A stretch of 64,000 nucleotides of DNA from Vicugna vicugna. Taxonomy: Eukaryota. The notes under the pieces are model-generated. The model did no database searches, was not told the DNA's origin, and saw nothing but the letters and a program-made list of their open reading frames with translations. Both the position numbers and the translations under genes were made by a program. The DNA is taken from positions 434,001 through 498,000 of the forward strand of contig MU063496.1 in assembly GCA_013265495.1 (NCBI GenBank), given 5' to 3'. Below are positions 11,182 to 23,094 of this stretch, piece by piece. Numbering within the stretch: position 1 is the stretch's first letter; each line of letters starts with the position of its first letter.

Positions 11182-13774
11182 TAATTGCAAGAGGTTGTCA
11201 CTGAAAAAGGGGACGTGAGCAGGGAGGACTGGGGCAGGGCTCTACTGCTTTTTCATTATAAAAGCACCTCCTTATGGTATTTTTTTTAACCCATGCACCT
11301 TTACTAATTTGATTAGAATTTAACATATATATTTTAGATTTCAAGGATCAAGTTCTAGTTGATGATAAGGTTGAGGTGTGACAATGGGGGGAAGTGGCTG
11401 AGTGATGTGGAGAGGAAGTTGCCGGCCAGGGTGATGGTGTGAGAGGAAGCCTGCGGGGGGCAGGGGTAAGGTCTTCACTGAATGAGAGGCCACAGGGGTG
11501 GGTGAATGTGGCCTCCAGGCATCCTCAGAGTAGTTTCTGCTACCAAGCCAGGCTGGCACCCTGCAGTCCCAGGAGACAGGCTCTGTCTTAAGTCGATTGC
11601 CCCAAGCTCCCTCCAGGCCCCCAGACTCATCTCCCGGCCCTCCCACTGGTTCCTCTCCCTCTTCATGGCCAAATCCACTCAAAATCTGAAAAAGCTGTAA
11701 AAAACATTTCACAGCCCACACTGGTGTTTGCAACAGGAGGGAGCAGATCTGGTTTTCAAACAGATTAGCAATGATGTAGGGAATGAAGTAAGAAACTAAA
11801 GAAGTTTCCCCAGATGGAGAAGATGGGGGTGGGAGGAAGGGAGGACCAGGCTGCCATTGGCCCACATCTGCAGAACGTCCAAGGAAGAGAGGTAGACTGA
11901 CTGCGGTCTGGGACCTCCACTGGCTGAGCCATCAGCCATGGGTCGATGCTACAGGCAGTTAGAGTTGGGTTCAAATAAGGAAGCCCAGTTGGAGGAGTGA
12001 GTTTCCCGTCAGAGGAGGTATGTAAGCAGAGGCTGTGTCTCCACCCAGCTGGGATGGTGTTGGCAGCATTCCAGCATGGGATCAGAATCTCCTCCAGCTC
12101 TGAAACTCTTAAGAAAAGGAGATGAGGAAGAAAAGCAACAGGAAAGAAGGGACAGCAAAACAGGGCCCAAGGCAAGAAAGATGCCACAATAGCAGCTGCT
12201 GGAACAGCAGCTCAAGATGGAAACGTGCCCTTATTTGTGGGGAGTTTGTTTCAGCAAATAAGAGACAGTGATGGTACTCAGGCTGTCTCCCGAAATGAAT
12301 ACCATCTGGGAATAAAATACCAGATTTAACAGGACTCATTTTTTTACCCACTAATGAATCAAGCCAAGTTTCGTGCCCACCCCGACTGATCTGTTTAGAA
12401 AGAAGCTCTTTATTCCTGGAAGCTAGACCGTCCTTCTGGCCAGAGGAGGGCTTGTGACCACAGAGAAGTTCCATGTCTGAGTCTTTTTCGGTAAAACGAT
12501 GTTTATGGTGAAATACATCAGCTCTATACAGAATGGATTAAATGTACAGGTACAGTTTATATGATAAACATGAATTTGACACCCAAGTACCCATCCCCTG
12601 GCTTAAGAACTAGAATATCACCAGAACCTTAGAAGCCCCCGGTGTGCCCCTGGGGGTAAGCACTGTTCCAAATTTCAGGTTAATCACTCCTTTGTTTTTC
12701 TTTAAAACAAATACATATATCCCTAAATTATACATTGTTTCATTTTGCTTGTTTGTGACCTTAAGATAATTGGACTCTTAACTTGCGTATATTTTTCTAT
12801 GACTTTCTTCTTTTGCTAAATGATATTTGGAGATTTATTTACATTGATGTGTATAACTATATTTACTTTGTTTTCGTTCTCCATAGAGTCCCACATCATG
12901 AATATGGATATTTTTTGATTGACTTGTGAATTGAGACATTTTTCTATTTAATTTCCAAATGTATACTGGTTTTCTGGTTATCGATTTATCATTGATTTGT
13001 AAATTAATTTTACTGTGGTCCTAGAAGATCATCTTATGATACACATCCTTTGAAATGTGTTGAAGTTAGCTTTATGAACTAATGTACAGTCATTTTTCAT
13101 AAATTTTCTTGTGCCCTTGAAAAACCTAAATATTCTCCTCTGGTTGAGTACAATGTTCTCTATGTATCCTCTTGACCAAGTTTGCGATAATACAATATTA
13201 AATCTTCTTAAGTACCTTCTGATTTTTTCTGTTTGATTTATAAATTATTGTAAGCAATAATTTTAACTGTCTCAAATCATTTTAGCCTCCCACATTTTCT
13301 TTTATGTCTGTCAATTTCTTGCCTTAAATATTTTAGGTTATGTTACTAATGTATAAAAAGTCAGAATCTTTCTGTCTTCCTAGTGAATTAAATCTTTTTA
13401 TTCTTCATTGATCTTCTTTATCTCTAGTAAAACTTTTAGCCTTAAAGGCAAGTTTTTCTGACATTAATATAGCCTCCCCATTTTTCTTTTCTTCATTTGC
13501 CTACGACAACATTTTTCCATCTTTTGCTTTTCAGTCTTTCTGTGTCCTTAATGTTTTGCATGTGTCCCTTGCAAATAGCATATGACTAAATTTTACTTTA
13601 ATGTTGTTTGACAGTCTTTGTCTTTTAACTAGAGCGTTTTAGTCCATTTATATTCTAGTGATTTGTGATCAGTTTGGGTTTATTTCTACCATCTAATATT
13701 TTCTAATTTGACCTGCATTTTCTGCTTCTTTCCTCCCTCGCTTTTCCTGTCTTCTTTTGATTTGTCTTAAATTC

Positions 13775-14140
13775 GACACGACTGTGATAATATTGCAAAG
13801 CAGACAACTCCAGCATCTCAGTGTCTCACAACAACAAAAATGGCCTGAGTTTGGCTACAGCTCTGCCTGGTCTTCCCGTTGTTCCATATTGTGGGTCAGC
13901 TCCAATAATCTGCTCACTGGGACCAGGCGGAGGCAGCAAAGGCTCTCCGGCAAGAGAGTGGCAAGGACGCAAGAGATAAAGCCAAATCATGCAGGACATT
14001 TAAAACCCCTGTTCCTGCTGCATCTACTCATAGCCCATTGGCTAGTGGAGGTCACGTGGTCGGGCTCAAGCTCAGTGGTCTGGGGACATCTGTTCCTCTC
14101 CTGGGGTGGGGCACAGGCAGAGTGAATGCTGCTAAACAAA
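13775..14140 (-). mobile_element. MaLR LTR, MLT1J/K-like, nested in L1
   Basis: ACAACTCCAGCATCTCAGTGTCTCACAACAACAAA...TACTCATAGCCCATTGGCTAGTGGAGGTCACGTGGTCGGGCTCAAG is the antisense old-MLT1 pattern. Confidence 0.7.
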
Positions 14141-14637
14141 CACACATCCCACGCTGAGTGACTGACATTTTTAGGGGAGTTTCCTCTCTTTTTTTTCATT
14201 TCATTGTCCCACCTTGTCCCATTTATTTGAGTAATACATGACATGTCTATTCTTTTAGCCATTATGCTAACTATGTTAACATGCATATTTACTAAATTCT
14301 AAAGTTAGCTTATTTCCCCTGGCCGACAGATATGAGAACCCTTTAACCGAAATCACTCTCCTTCCAAATTGCCATGCTGTTTTTGACCAGCATTTCAGTG
14401 CTGAAACGTTTCCCCGCACGCATATTAGACATTATTGTGTTTCATACAGGCAATGTTTATTTTTTGCCTCCACGTTTACCATCATATTGGCTCCTCATTC
14501 CTTTTTGCATCTTAGTCTTTTCACTGGAGATCATTTTCATTCTTCAAGCACAACAAAATTTCATTTTATAAAGGTCGGGCTGAATTTGTGTTTACCTGAA
14601 AATTTCCTTATCTCTCACTCATGCTGAATATAGACCT

Positions 14638-15205
14638 TATTCATTCATTCAGCATATACTTATTTGCTGGCCTACTATGCAGCCAGACACATTCTAGATA
14701 TTTGGGACACCTCAGTGAGCAAAACTCCCAAACTTCCTGCCTTTGTGGATTTTACATTCTAGAAGCCTGGGTAGGGATAATAAACAAAACGGACAAACCA
14801 AGTGTCTTGTATGTTACAAAGTAAAAACCTATGTCAAAAAGAAAAGTAGAGCAGGATGAGGGAGGTCAGAAATGCCTGGGGAAGAGACGGTGGTCAGAGT
14901 GGACCTCTGAGAAGGTGACATTTGGGCCAACACTTGTGAATAGCGTCGGGAGGAGTATTCCAGGTGGAGCGAGGGGTTGCTGCAAAACTCCTAAGGTGAG
15001 AGTGTGGCTGGCACAGTCAAGGAATAGCAAGGAAGCCAGAGTAGATGGAACAGACTGTGCGAAGGAAAGGGTATGAGAAGCAGCCAGAGCTGACCGAGTA
15101 ACCGAATCACATGGGGCTTGTGGCCATGGTAAAGACTTTGAGCAAAATGAGCACCTACTGTAACATTTCAAGCAGAATAACACTTATCTGAGTTTCTGTG
15201 ATGAT
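14638..15205 (-). mobile_element. L2a LINE 3' portion nested in L1
   Basis: ATTCATTCATTCAGCATATACTTATTTGCTGGCCTACTATGCAGCCAG is the antisense L2 3' tail; the internal CTCTGAGAAGGTGACATTTGGGC and GGCCATGGTAAAGACTTTGAG blocks follow in order. Confidence 0.85.
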
Positions 15206-16162
15206 CATTTTACCTGCTATATTGATCAATGGAACTTATTTCAGCACATTGAAAAAAATTGTGTTTTCCACTGCCTTCAGCTGCCGTTCGTTGTTGCTGT
15301 TGGGAAATCAGCCATCGATCTAATTGCCATTCTTTTGTGGGTGATCTCTTTGCTTTTGCCCTTGTCTTTGGAGTTCTGCAGTTTCCTGGTGATCTGTTGC
15401 AATGCTTGTTGCCTTGCATTCTTCTTGCTTGCAGTTCTCTGATTTCTGAATCTGCAGATTAGTCTTTCAATGATCCTAGAAAATTCTTGGCCACTATCCT
15501 TTGAAATGTTGACTTTCCCCATTCTGTCACCTCTTTTTAGAACTCAGTTAGCTACATATTAGACCTCTATCCTTTCATCTTTGCTTCTCTTTTTTATTTT
15601 TCATCTCCTTGACCCTTTGCATTATGTTTTGAGTAATTTCTTTAGATCTCTCTCTCTTCCAGTGTACTGAGTTTTTTCTCTCAGTTGTGTCTAGTTTTCC
15701 TCTTCATTTGTGAAAACAGATTTGTTTTATTTTCAACTATTGTAATTTTCCTTGGCATAAATCCTATTAGATTCTTTTTTCAAATATGTTCATTTCATAT
15801 TCATATTTACAAGTTGATCGTGTATTTTTTAGACATATAAACACAGTTATTTTACATTCTGTTTATAATCCCAACATTAATATCTTCTGGCACCCATTTT
15901 TGCTAGCTTTTTTTTGCCTGTTGGTTCTTACACATGATGCTTTTATTCTACATTGTTCATAGTTTTTGACTGTGAGCTGCTTGTTTTCCTTAGAAATTTA
16001 TTTGTGAGGATTGTTTGGAGATTAAAGTTGTTCATCTGGAAGGTTCTAGTGGCATCAGTGCCTCTACTGGCATGCTAGCTCCCAGCTGTTCCTGCTGTCC
16101 ATGTATTGGTATCTCTTTCCAAAATTCCTTTGTCCTCTTTCTTGGGTAAATGTGAGAAGACA

Positions 16163-16738
16163 TAGTCAGTTTTCATTATTCACAGTAGTTAAATTCTGTA
16201 AAGTTGCTGCAAACACTGAATAAATGAATACTGAAACATTAATCCTAGGAGAAACACGTGCGCGCGCACACACACACACATACATACACATGCCCTTTAT
16301 ATAGATTATAATCTTAAATCCTAAAAATAACTCATCCTGGTAGACTCTATTTTCTTTATTTAAAAAAAAAAGATAAAATGAAGTTCAGAAGTGTTAAGTG
16401 ACTTTCCTGGGGCTTCCCTGCTAACAGGGGTCAGAGTCATCCCACGGGGCCCAGAGCTGGAGCTCCTCGCACTGCGCTGCGTTGCACCTGCTGTCCTGCA
16501 CCTGCTGTCTCCATCCTCTGGACATCTCTGGATGAGAACTGAAACAAGAAGGCAGAGCACAGTCTTGTTCAGCCTCCACTGGGAATGTGCACATGAGGCA
16601 AATAAAAATTTTCACCACTGTACAGATGTCCATGGATGACACCAAAGCACCACAAGGATTGGCTTTGGGATTTCAACTAAATTTTAGTGAGTAGGTGAAC
16701 TTGCAAATACGGAATCCACGAATAATGAAGATTGTTTG
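16163..16738. mobile_element. TcMar-Tigger element (Tigger3/Golem derivative) with internal (CA)n
   Basis: Left end AGTCAGTTTTCATTATTCACAGTAG and right end GCAAATACGGAATCCACGAATAATGAAGATTGTTTG followed by TA; internal CTGAAACAAGAAGGCAGAGC matches recalled Tigger3. Confidence 0.8.
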
Positions 16739-17898
16739 TATATAATCTTCTTTTATGCTCTGCCGCAAAATTATCTACTCAGTAATTACTTGTCCGGTTC
16801 TTGGAGTACATCTCCAGGGGTGGGGGTGGGGAGTGCTTCAGCAGAATGATCTACATCTCGGTGTTTCAGAATATTCATCTATAAAATAGAAAGACTGATA
16901 CCAGTTCAGAAGACCAATTGGAAGAATGTGAAAGTGCTTAGCAAACAATGAAGGTGTTACTGCTGCTTACATTCCTGTTACAGTAATGAACCCTCAATGC
17001 AGCGACACCCTGGTTCCAGGCACCACTTCCAGTTAGCACTATGAATTTAAGTTTATTTAGCCAGTTAATGTCCTAGGAGAGATCTGAGCCTCCCTCCACT
17101 CCTCATTAGTCATTTAGAAAAATTTATTAAACATTGATGCTGAGTCCAACCCAGAGAGCTGTTTGATGTCGGGAAAGTTAGAGCTGAATTAGAGACAGTC
17201 CCATCCCAGATCCAGACCTCAGAGGATGAGCCAAAGGAAAGATCTGTCCCCAGCTGAGAAACTAAAGAGGATGATCTGTCCAGACTACCCAGGAGTTGCT
17301 GGAAGGATGGTCTGTCCCCTCAGACAACGCCACGTCCTACAGGAACGTCTGTCTGTCCTGTCCACAGGAGCAGCCAGTGGAGGGGAGAAGAGGGCAGGGC
17401 AGGGACCCAGACGCCAAGCAGAGAACGTGCTTCCGGGAGGAGAGGGGTCGGCTGTGTCAGAGGCTGCTGAGAAGTCTAGGATGATGCAGACTGAGAACAG
17501 CCCACTGGATTCAGTCCATATGCTCCCGTTTCATCCCAAGCGTCCCTCTGGAGGGGCAAGCGTCCTGCCGAAGGTCACACGGGCGGGAGGAGCCAGAGAC
17601 AGGATTTAAATGCTTCCAGCTGCGGCTCTTCTCCTGGGCCCCCGGCGGCCTCTGGGCAAGAGTCACATCTGCTCTGTCAAATAAGTCTGAGCTGGTCTGT
17701 CCCAGGAGGACGTCCAACCTCCTCAGCAGTCACAGGGAACATCCCCCGACCCCTTGCTACCCAACAAGCCTGATTCTAAGAGCTTGGCCCCTGTCAACGC
17801 TGGCTCCACAAAGGAGTTCCAGAACAGTCCATAGGGTGACAGACTGGGTAAGGTGTTGACAGTGTCTTCGGAGGAGAGCTCTCAGAGTCCTGCCGCAC

Positions 17899-18030
17899 AC
17901 CCATTTCACAGCTGAGGAAACGAGGCACACAAGGGTGGTGACTTGCCCAGCCAGCATCACCCGGTAAGCCCATGGCAGAGCTGGACGTGGACCCGGGCAG
18001 TCTGACTCCAGAGCTTGCTCTCATTATCCT
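17899..18030 (-). mobile_element. MIR SINE fragment
   Basis: CCCATTTCACAGCTGAGGAAACGAGGCAC...GACTTGCCC...GGCAGTCTGACTCCAGAGC. Confidence 0.75.
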
Positions 18031-18269
18031 GAGTGTCAGGCAGAAAACTCTTTGTCCTTCTCGGGTCAAAATCTTCGTCAGTGGCAGGAATTCAGCTCTT
18101 GCCTTATCTGGTCAAGCCCTGAAGGCTTCGGGCCACCATCTGAACCTCACGGGGACCGGATGGAAAAGGAAGTGCCAGAGATGGGGAAGAAATGGCACTT
18201 GTCTCAACGAACCTTAGAGACTACGTGCTGCCTTCAGTGGGAAGTGGGGAGGGGTTCAGACCCCCCCCA

Positions 18270-18295
18270 GCAGCACCCTCTGCCTGGACAGCGCC
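18270..18295 (+). promoter_or_regulatory. candidate non-canonical (split) RE1/NRSE REST site
   Basis: GCAGCACC (left half, 1 mismatch to TCAGCACC), 8-bp spacer, then a perfect right half GGACAGCGCC. Confidence 0.3.
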
Positions 18296-18339
18296 CTCTG
18301 CTGTCGATCTGTTGGTAACATTTCATAGGAAGCAAAAGT

Positions 18340-18349
18340 TGCTGAGTCA
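18340..18349 (-). promoter_or_regulatory. ARE/MARE-type motif (NRF2/NF-E2/BACH)
   Basis: TGCTGAGTCA on +, i.e. TGACTCAGCA on -. Motif match only. Confidence 0.3.
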
Positions 18350-20669
18350 GGGAAGGAAAAAAATTGTTTGGAAACCAATGGCCTCAAATACATTGATTTT
18401 GAAACTTGACTGGGATCATCTTCTCCAGGATCCTTATTAACTGATATGTGGGCTGGGACCCGCTGTCTAACGGGCCCGGGAGATTCTGGGGTGCTGGTGG
18501 GAGACCCAGGTGGGGAGCATCCTCCTCCCCTGTGGGCCTTGCAGCTGGGGGTCCCTGGGTTCTGCCGGGATCTCCCTCCTGGCCCTGCCTGCAAGCACCC
18601 ACATCTGCACCCATCCTATGGGCCCTGCCCAGGCCTTGCCCGCCCTGGTGGGGAGGGTGCCCCCTAAAAAAGTCTGTTGATGACTCTCATTCACTCCTCC
18701 CACCTGGAATTTGGGGATGGGGGTAGGGGAAGGGGAGCAAGGGGGAAGTAGGGGACTAGGCGGGCTCAGAGCACACCCAGCCCCTCTCCTCTGGCCAGCC
18801 CTCCCCTGCTGGCTCTGCAAAGGGACCTTATTAGCGACTGGAAAGCTGGCCCCACCGCCTCCCCAGGCCTAGCAGTTGCTGACAGAGGTTGAAACAAAGG
18901 CCTGACCGCCTCCCAACCATCCATCATTATCCCTTCCCTCGCCCGGTCCCACCACCAGGTAATTCCATTGTTAATTAAAATCCTGCAGCCTTTAATAACA
19001 CAGGTCCTAATTGCTGTTTTCACCAGCCCTGGATTGGCTGTGCAGGCCTTGGGGGCTCGGGGTTTTGTTTCCTGGTTCTGGCTTTGGCAAAGCTCTCCAG
19101 CTGTATACTCACATGCTCACACTCAGCCAAGAGTCCCCATGGCTTCAACAGTGGGGGAGGGACACCAGTGCCCCCACCCTAGGGGCCACCCTAAATGTCC
19201 CTTGACATCTCCTAAGGGGTGTTGTGAAGGAAAGAGGCAGGCTCTCCACCCCTCAGAGACAGGGCTCCAAGGTGTAACTGCCGGCAGCACAGCCTGGGCG
19301 CCGGCAGACTCCTGCACACGTGCAGTGGGCCTGGAAGGCCTCCCGCTGACCCTGTCTACATGTGGCGTGCCATTCTCATCCACATCTCCTCTGAGGCTCC
19401 CCACTGCCCCAAGTCCCCACTGTGCAAGTGAGGAAGCCAAAGATCAGAGAGGGAGGAGAATTTCCCAAGGCCACACAGCAGGCAGGCAGCAGAGCGGGGG
19501 CGCCCCAAGTCCAGACCCACTGCTCCTCCCGCTGCCAGCCGGCTGCGGCTGCCGTACTCTCCCCATTGACTTCTGTGAACTTTTTCACTCGCTTGCTCTC
19601 AGCCTCCAGATCCTTCTCCTTCCCAGCTCCCTCACCACCTGCCCCACCCCAGCCCTTGCTTCTCTTCCTGGGCCACTCTGGGGGAGCACCTGGGGCCCTG
19701 CAGATGTGCACGAGGAGATAGGCGGAGATGGGGAACCCAAGGGGGACCAGGGGACCATGGCTAGAGGTGATGAAGAGGGGGCCCTTGTGGCCACAGTGGA
19801 GCCAGGTCAGCCCTGTCCCAATGACCCACTGGTGTAGACACCCTGCCACCCACCCGAAGTCTCCTTAAGGTCTAAAAGATCATCTCCAATGTCTGGGAAG
19901 GTAACCCATTAGCTTCTGCTGAACAGGGGCCCCTACCTAAGGCCCAGCCCTTTTCTGGGCCAGCCTGTGCCCATGAGTGATGGGTGCTGGCTGTGAAGGG
20001 CCAGCCCCAGCAATGAGGTCCTGCAGGGCTGGCTGAGGTCTGGCTGTAACTCCCGGCTCTCCCGTCGTGCCCCCCACTGCTGTCCCTCCACCCCTGTGCT
20101 GACCCCTAACGCCTCCCATTAAACCTCCCGCACACATACTCCCTACCCCGAGTCTGCTGTCAGGGCTCCTGACCTTCCAGAGCCATCCTTCCATTTGGAA
20201 TTCCAGATCCTACTCCCTTTGCTCAGCTCCCTCCTCCCTTCCCCTGCCCCAGGACCCCAGCCCTCCACACCACTGCCCCTTACCCAAGCCCAGCTCATGC
20301 TCCTGACTCCTCCGCTGCTCCAGAATGGGGGGCATGGCCGTCTGCTCCAGCCATCAGTAACCCCTGGTACCCCAGCCAAGAGTCTCTGGAGGCCAAGCAC
20401 CCCTTCTTTGCCCTTTATGCCTCCAAGGTCAGTGATGTCATTCCCATTTTGCAGATGAAGGAACTGGAAAAGCCTGCCCTAGTCCGCACAGCTGGCAAGT
20501 GTCAAGACGGAGCTCAGACCGCAGCTGGTTCTCATCCCGGGCTCGGCTCACAGCTGCCTCGGCGACTTCCTAAAACTGCCGGCTTTGTGAGGAAATCAGT
20601 CTCTTCACTTTCCTGCCCTCACTGGTGCCTCTGAGGGAGAACCATGTTTACAAAGGACTGCTTCCCTTT

Positions 20670-20890
20670 ATTCATTCACTCCCTCCCTCATTCATTCATT
20701 CAACAAATACATTTTGAGCATCTACCTCTGACCCGGCGCTGTGTTTCGGTGATGGGTACCTGGGTGAAGACGCTGGACAAAGTCCCTGTCCCCACGGAGC
20801 ATATATCCTATGAAGGGAGACACACAATACAAGCTAAATAAATAAAATAAATATATAATAGGTCAGATGGTGTTAGGTGCTAAGGAGAAA
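20670..20890 (-). mobile_element. L2 LINE 3' end
   Basis: TCATTCATTCATTCAACAAATACATTTTGAGCATCTACC...AAAGTCCCTGTCCCACGGAGC is the antisense L2 tail. Confidence 0.8.
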
Positions 20891-22304
20891 AAGGGGACGT
20901 GAAAGGTTTGGGGTGGGGCCAAGAGGGTGACAGGCAAGACATTGTGGCCAGGGGAGGCCCCACTGGGAAGGGGACTTTGGACTTAAGGGTGCAGGGCCCC
21001 GTCGTGAATGACAGGGCACCTTGAGCCCTTTTCCTGGGCTCTCAGTGGGAGTGGGGACTCCAGGCAGCATCTGGGCAGAGTGGATGGGCGTGCCAGCCCT
21101 GTTTCCCTGTCTGGTGGGGCCGCTGGCAGGGCTCAGGGCCACTCACCTACGGGAGGCAGCTGGTGAGAAGGCAGAAGGCCCCCTTGTCCCTGGACTCCCA
21201 ACTCTGAACCCTGCCCGAGCCCTGCTCCCCACTCTGAATGGCCTTCCTGACCCCAGGACCTCAGCTTCATCCTAGTAAAGAAACACCTTCGTGTTCCTTG
21301 CAAAGATTGCTGGATGTTAGCAGGCCACTGGAGAGCCCAAATGATACCTTGCCTGGAGGTATCATATGTTGCCCCCAGCAGAGTGCAATGGGCCCCAGCT
21401 ACTGGCCCTCAACCAAGTGGCCCCCATCCCCTGTAGGAGGTATATTCGGCATGTTCTCCTGGGAACCCCCAAGGGAGTCAGCACATTCCGCAGATCTGAT
21501 CAGCATCTGGTCAGGCACCCGGCCAGTGACAAGGCCCAGTCCCAGGCTGGAGCCCTGTGGCACGCCACTGTGCTGGCCGCCCTCTCTGATGGCTAAAAAG
21601 CTTCTTTCTGGTGAGTCAGGGACAAAAGCGATGTCCCATCCTGTAACCAAAACATCTCTCTTTGGCTCTTCCAGTTGGAGGAAAAGCCCAAAAAGATGCC
21701 AAATGGAGGGGTGAGAGTGACAAATACAAGACCAACTGCGCAGGCTCCTTTGGAACAGAGCTGACCCTGGGAGGTGTTTGAGTTCACATGATTGGTGGGA
21801 GTGAGAAAGAAGTACTCTGCTCAATGCTGGGTGGAGGGCGCCTGAGAGGAGATTAAGTCACAGTGGCCAACAGTTACCAATTCATGGGCAAGGGAACTGC
21901 CTTAGGCTCCGCAGAAAGTGAGTGTCATCATCCCCTTCTTATTCATGAGGAATCCGAGGCTCAGAGAAAGTAAGCGCCTTTCCCACGTGCTGCTGTGGGG
22001 ATTCAAACCAGGGGCGTCTTCTTTCCAATAGACAGCCCACCCTCCAGGATGTGTGCCCCCACCCCCACCATGGGTGGGCCCTGGTCTCTGACACTGGACC
22101 TGCAGGGAACCTTCCTCATTTGGTGTCAGGGATGAGCTGCCTGAAGACCCAAGGAAGTGCTTTGTTCTGAGCCATGGCCAGAGGGTCACCGATTCCTTCC
22201 TACTCCTTGGGCTTCTCTGTCCTGTTCCGTCAGCCACCCGGTGCCCCAGAGCTGGCCTCTCTCCCCTGACTCACACCAAGGCCACCTTGAGTGCCAGCAG
22301 GAGG

Positions 22305-23015
22305 CAGCGTGGAGCAGAGGGAAAGAGCAGGGTCTCTGGAACCAGATTGACCTGGGATTGGATCTCAATGCTGGGCCATCTTGTGCAAGTAACTAGCCTC
22401 TCTGAACCCCACTGTATGAGTTCCCTATCGCTGCTATAACAAGTTACCACTTATTTAGTGGCTTAAAACAACCCAAATTTATCTATAGTTCTAGAGTCAG
22501 AAGTCTGAATTGGGTTTCACTGAGCTGAAATTCAGATGTCAACAGGGCCGCATTCCTTCCTGGGGACTCTGGGTGAGAATTCCTTGACTTCCCTTTTTCT
22601 CCTTCTGCAGAATGCCTGCATCCTTGGTCCGTGGCCCCTTCCATCTTCAAAACCAGCAGGGTAGCGTATTTAAATCTCTGACTCTGACCTCCTCTTCTGC
22701 CTCCCTCTTCTGCTTTAAAGGACTCTGATACATTGGGCCCAGCCAGATAATGCCAGAGAATCTCCTGTCTTAACATCAGCTGATTGGTGACCTTAATTCC
22801 ATCTGCAACCTTAATTCTCCCTTGGCACATAAAGTGACATAGTCACAGGTTCTGAGGAATAGTGTGTGGACATCTTTACGAGAGAGGGGAGGGGAAGCAG
22901 CATTACTGCCCACCACCCCCACTCTCCTTACTGAGTGGTTATGAAATTAAGATGAGTTTGTGTGATAGGAGCCCCAAGTACAGTAGCTATCAGAAGTAAA
23001 TGTTTAATAAGTGGA
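22305..23015 (+). mobile_element. MIR SINE split by an MLT1D insertion
   Basis: The 5' half (AGAGCAGGGTCTCTGGAACCAGATTGACCTGGG...AAGTAACTAGCCTCTCTGAACCCC) stops at 22412; a MIR 3'-like sequence (GTGGTTATGAAATTAAGATGAG) resumes after 22920. Confidence 0.65.
22413..22916 (-). mobile_element. MaLR solo LTR, MLT1D-like
   Basis: TGTATGAGTTCCCTATCGCTGCTATAACAAGTTACCAC...TAGTGGCTTAAAACAAC...CCTTAATTCCATCTGCAACCTTAATTC...GGACATCTTT...GCCCACCAC. Confidence 0.9.
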
Positions 23016-23040
23016 TCAGAAGTAAATGTTTAATAACTGG
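22989..23040 (+). repeat. 26-bp tandem duplication (2 copies, 1 mismatch)
   Basis: ATCAGAAGTAAATGTTTAATAAGTGG followed by ATCAGAAGTAAATGTTTAATAACTGG. Confidence 0.9.
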
Positions 23041-23094
23041 TCCCTGTAAGTACGTGTTTTTTATATTAAATGATCGAAGTAAAAAACAGTTTAG

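Larger units (their letters stand above)
12540..16030 (-). mobile_element. ancient LINE-1 (L1ME/HAL1-type) mosaic with ORF1, endonuclease-region and 3' remnants, interrupted by MLT1 and L2
   Basis: AT-rich block. Minus ORF 15277-15522 gives KLQNSKDKGKSKEITHKRMAIRSMADFPTAT, homologous to the L1 ORF1 motif KLQNTKDKEKILK..ITYKG..IRLTADFSTAT. 13000-13750 resembles antisense L1 endonuclease DNA; 12540-12920 resembles an L1ME 3' end. Confidence 0.75.

Noticed and set aside
11700-12500. Purine-rich unique stretch suspected of being a processed pseudogene
   Set aside because: No recognisable protein in any frame and no poly(A)/TSD; may be an old unassigned repeat.
18968-19837. Longest ORF (289 aa, +)
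   Set aside because: Pro/Gly/Ser/Ala-rich with no recognisable domain, non-ATG start and overlapping ORFs on both strands; expected by chance in GC-rich DNA.
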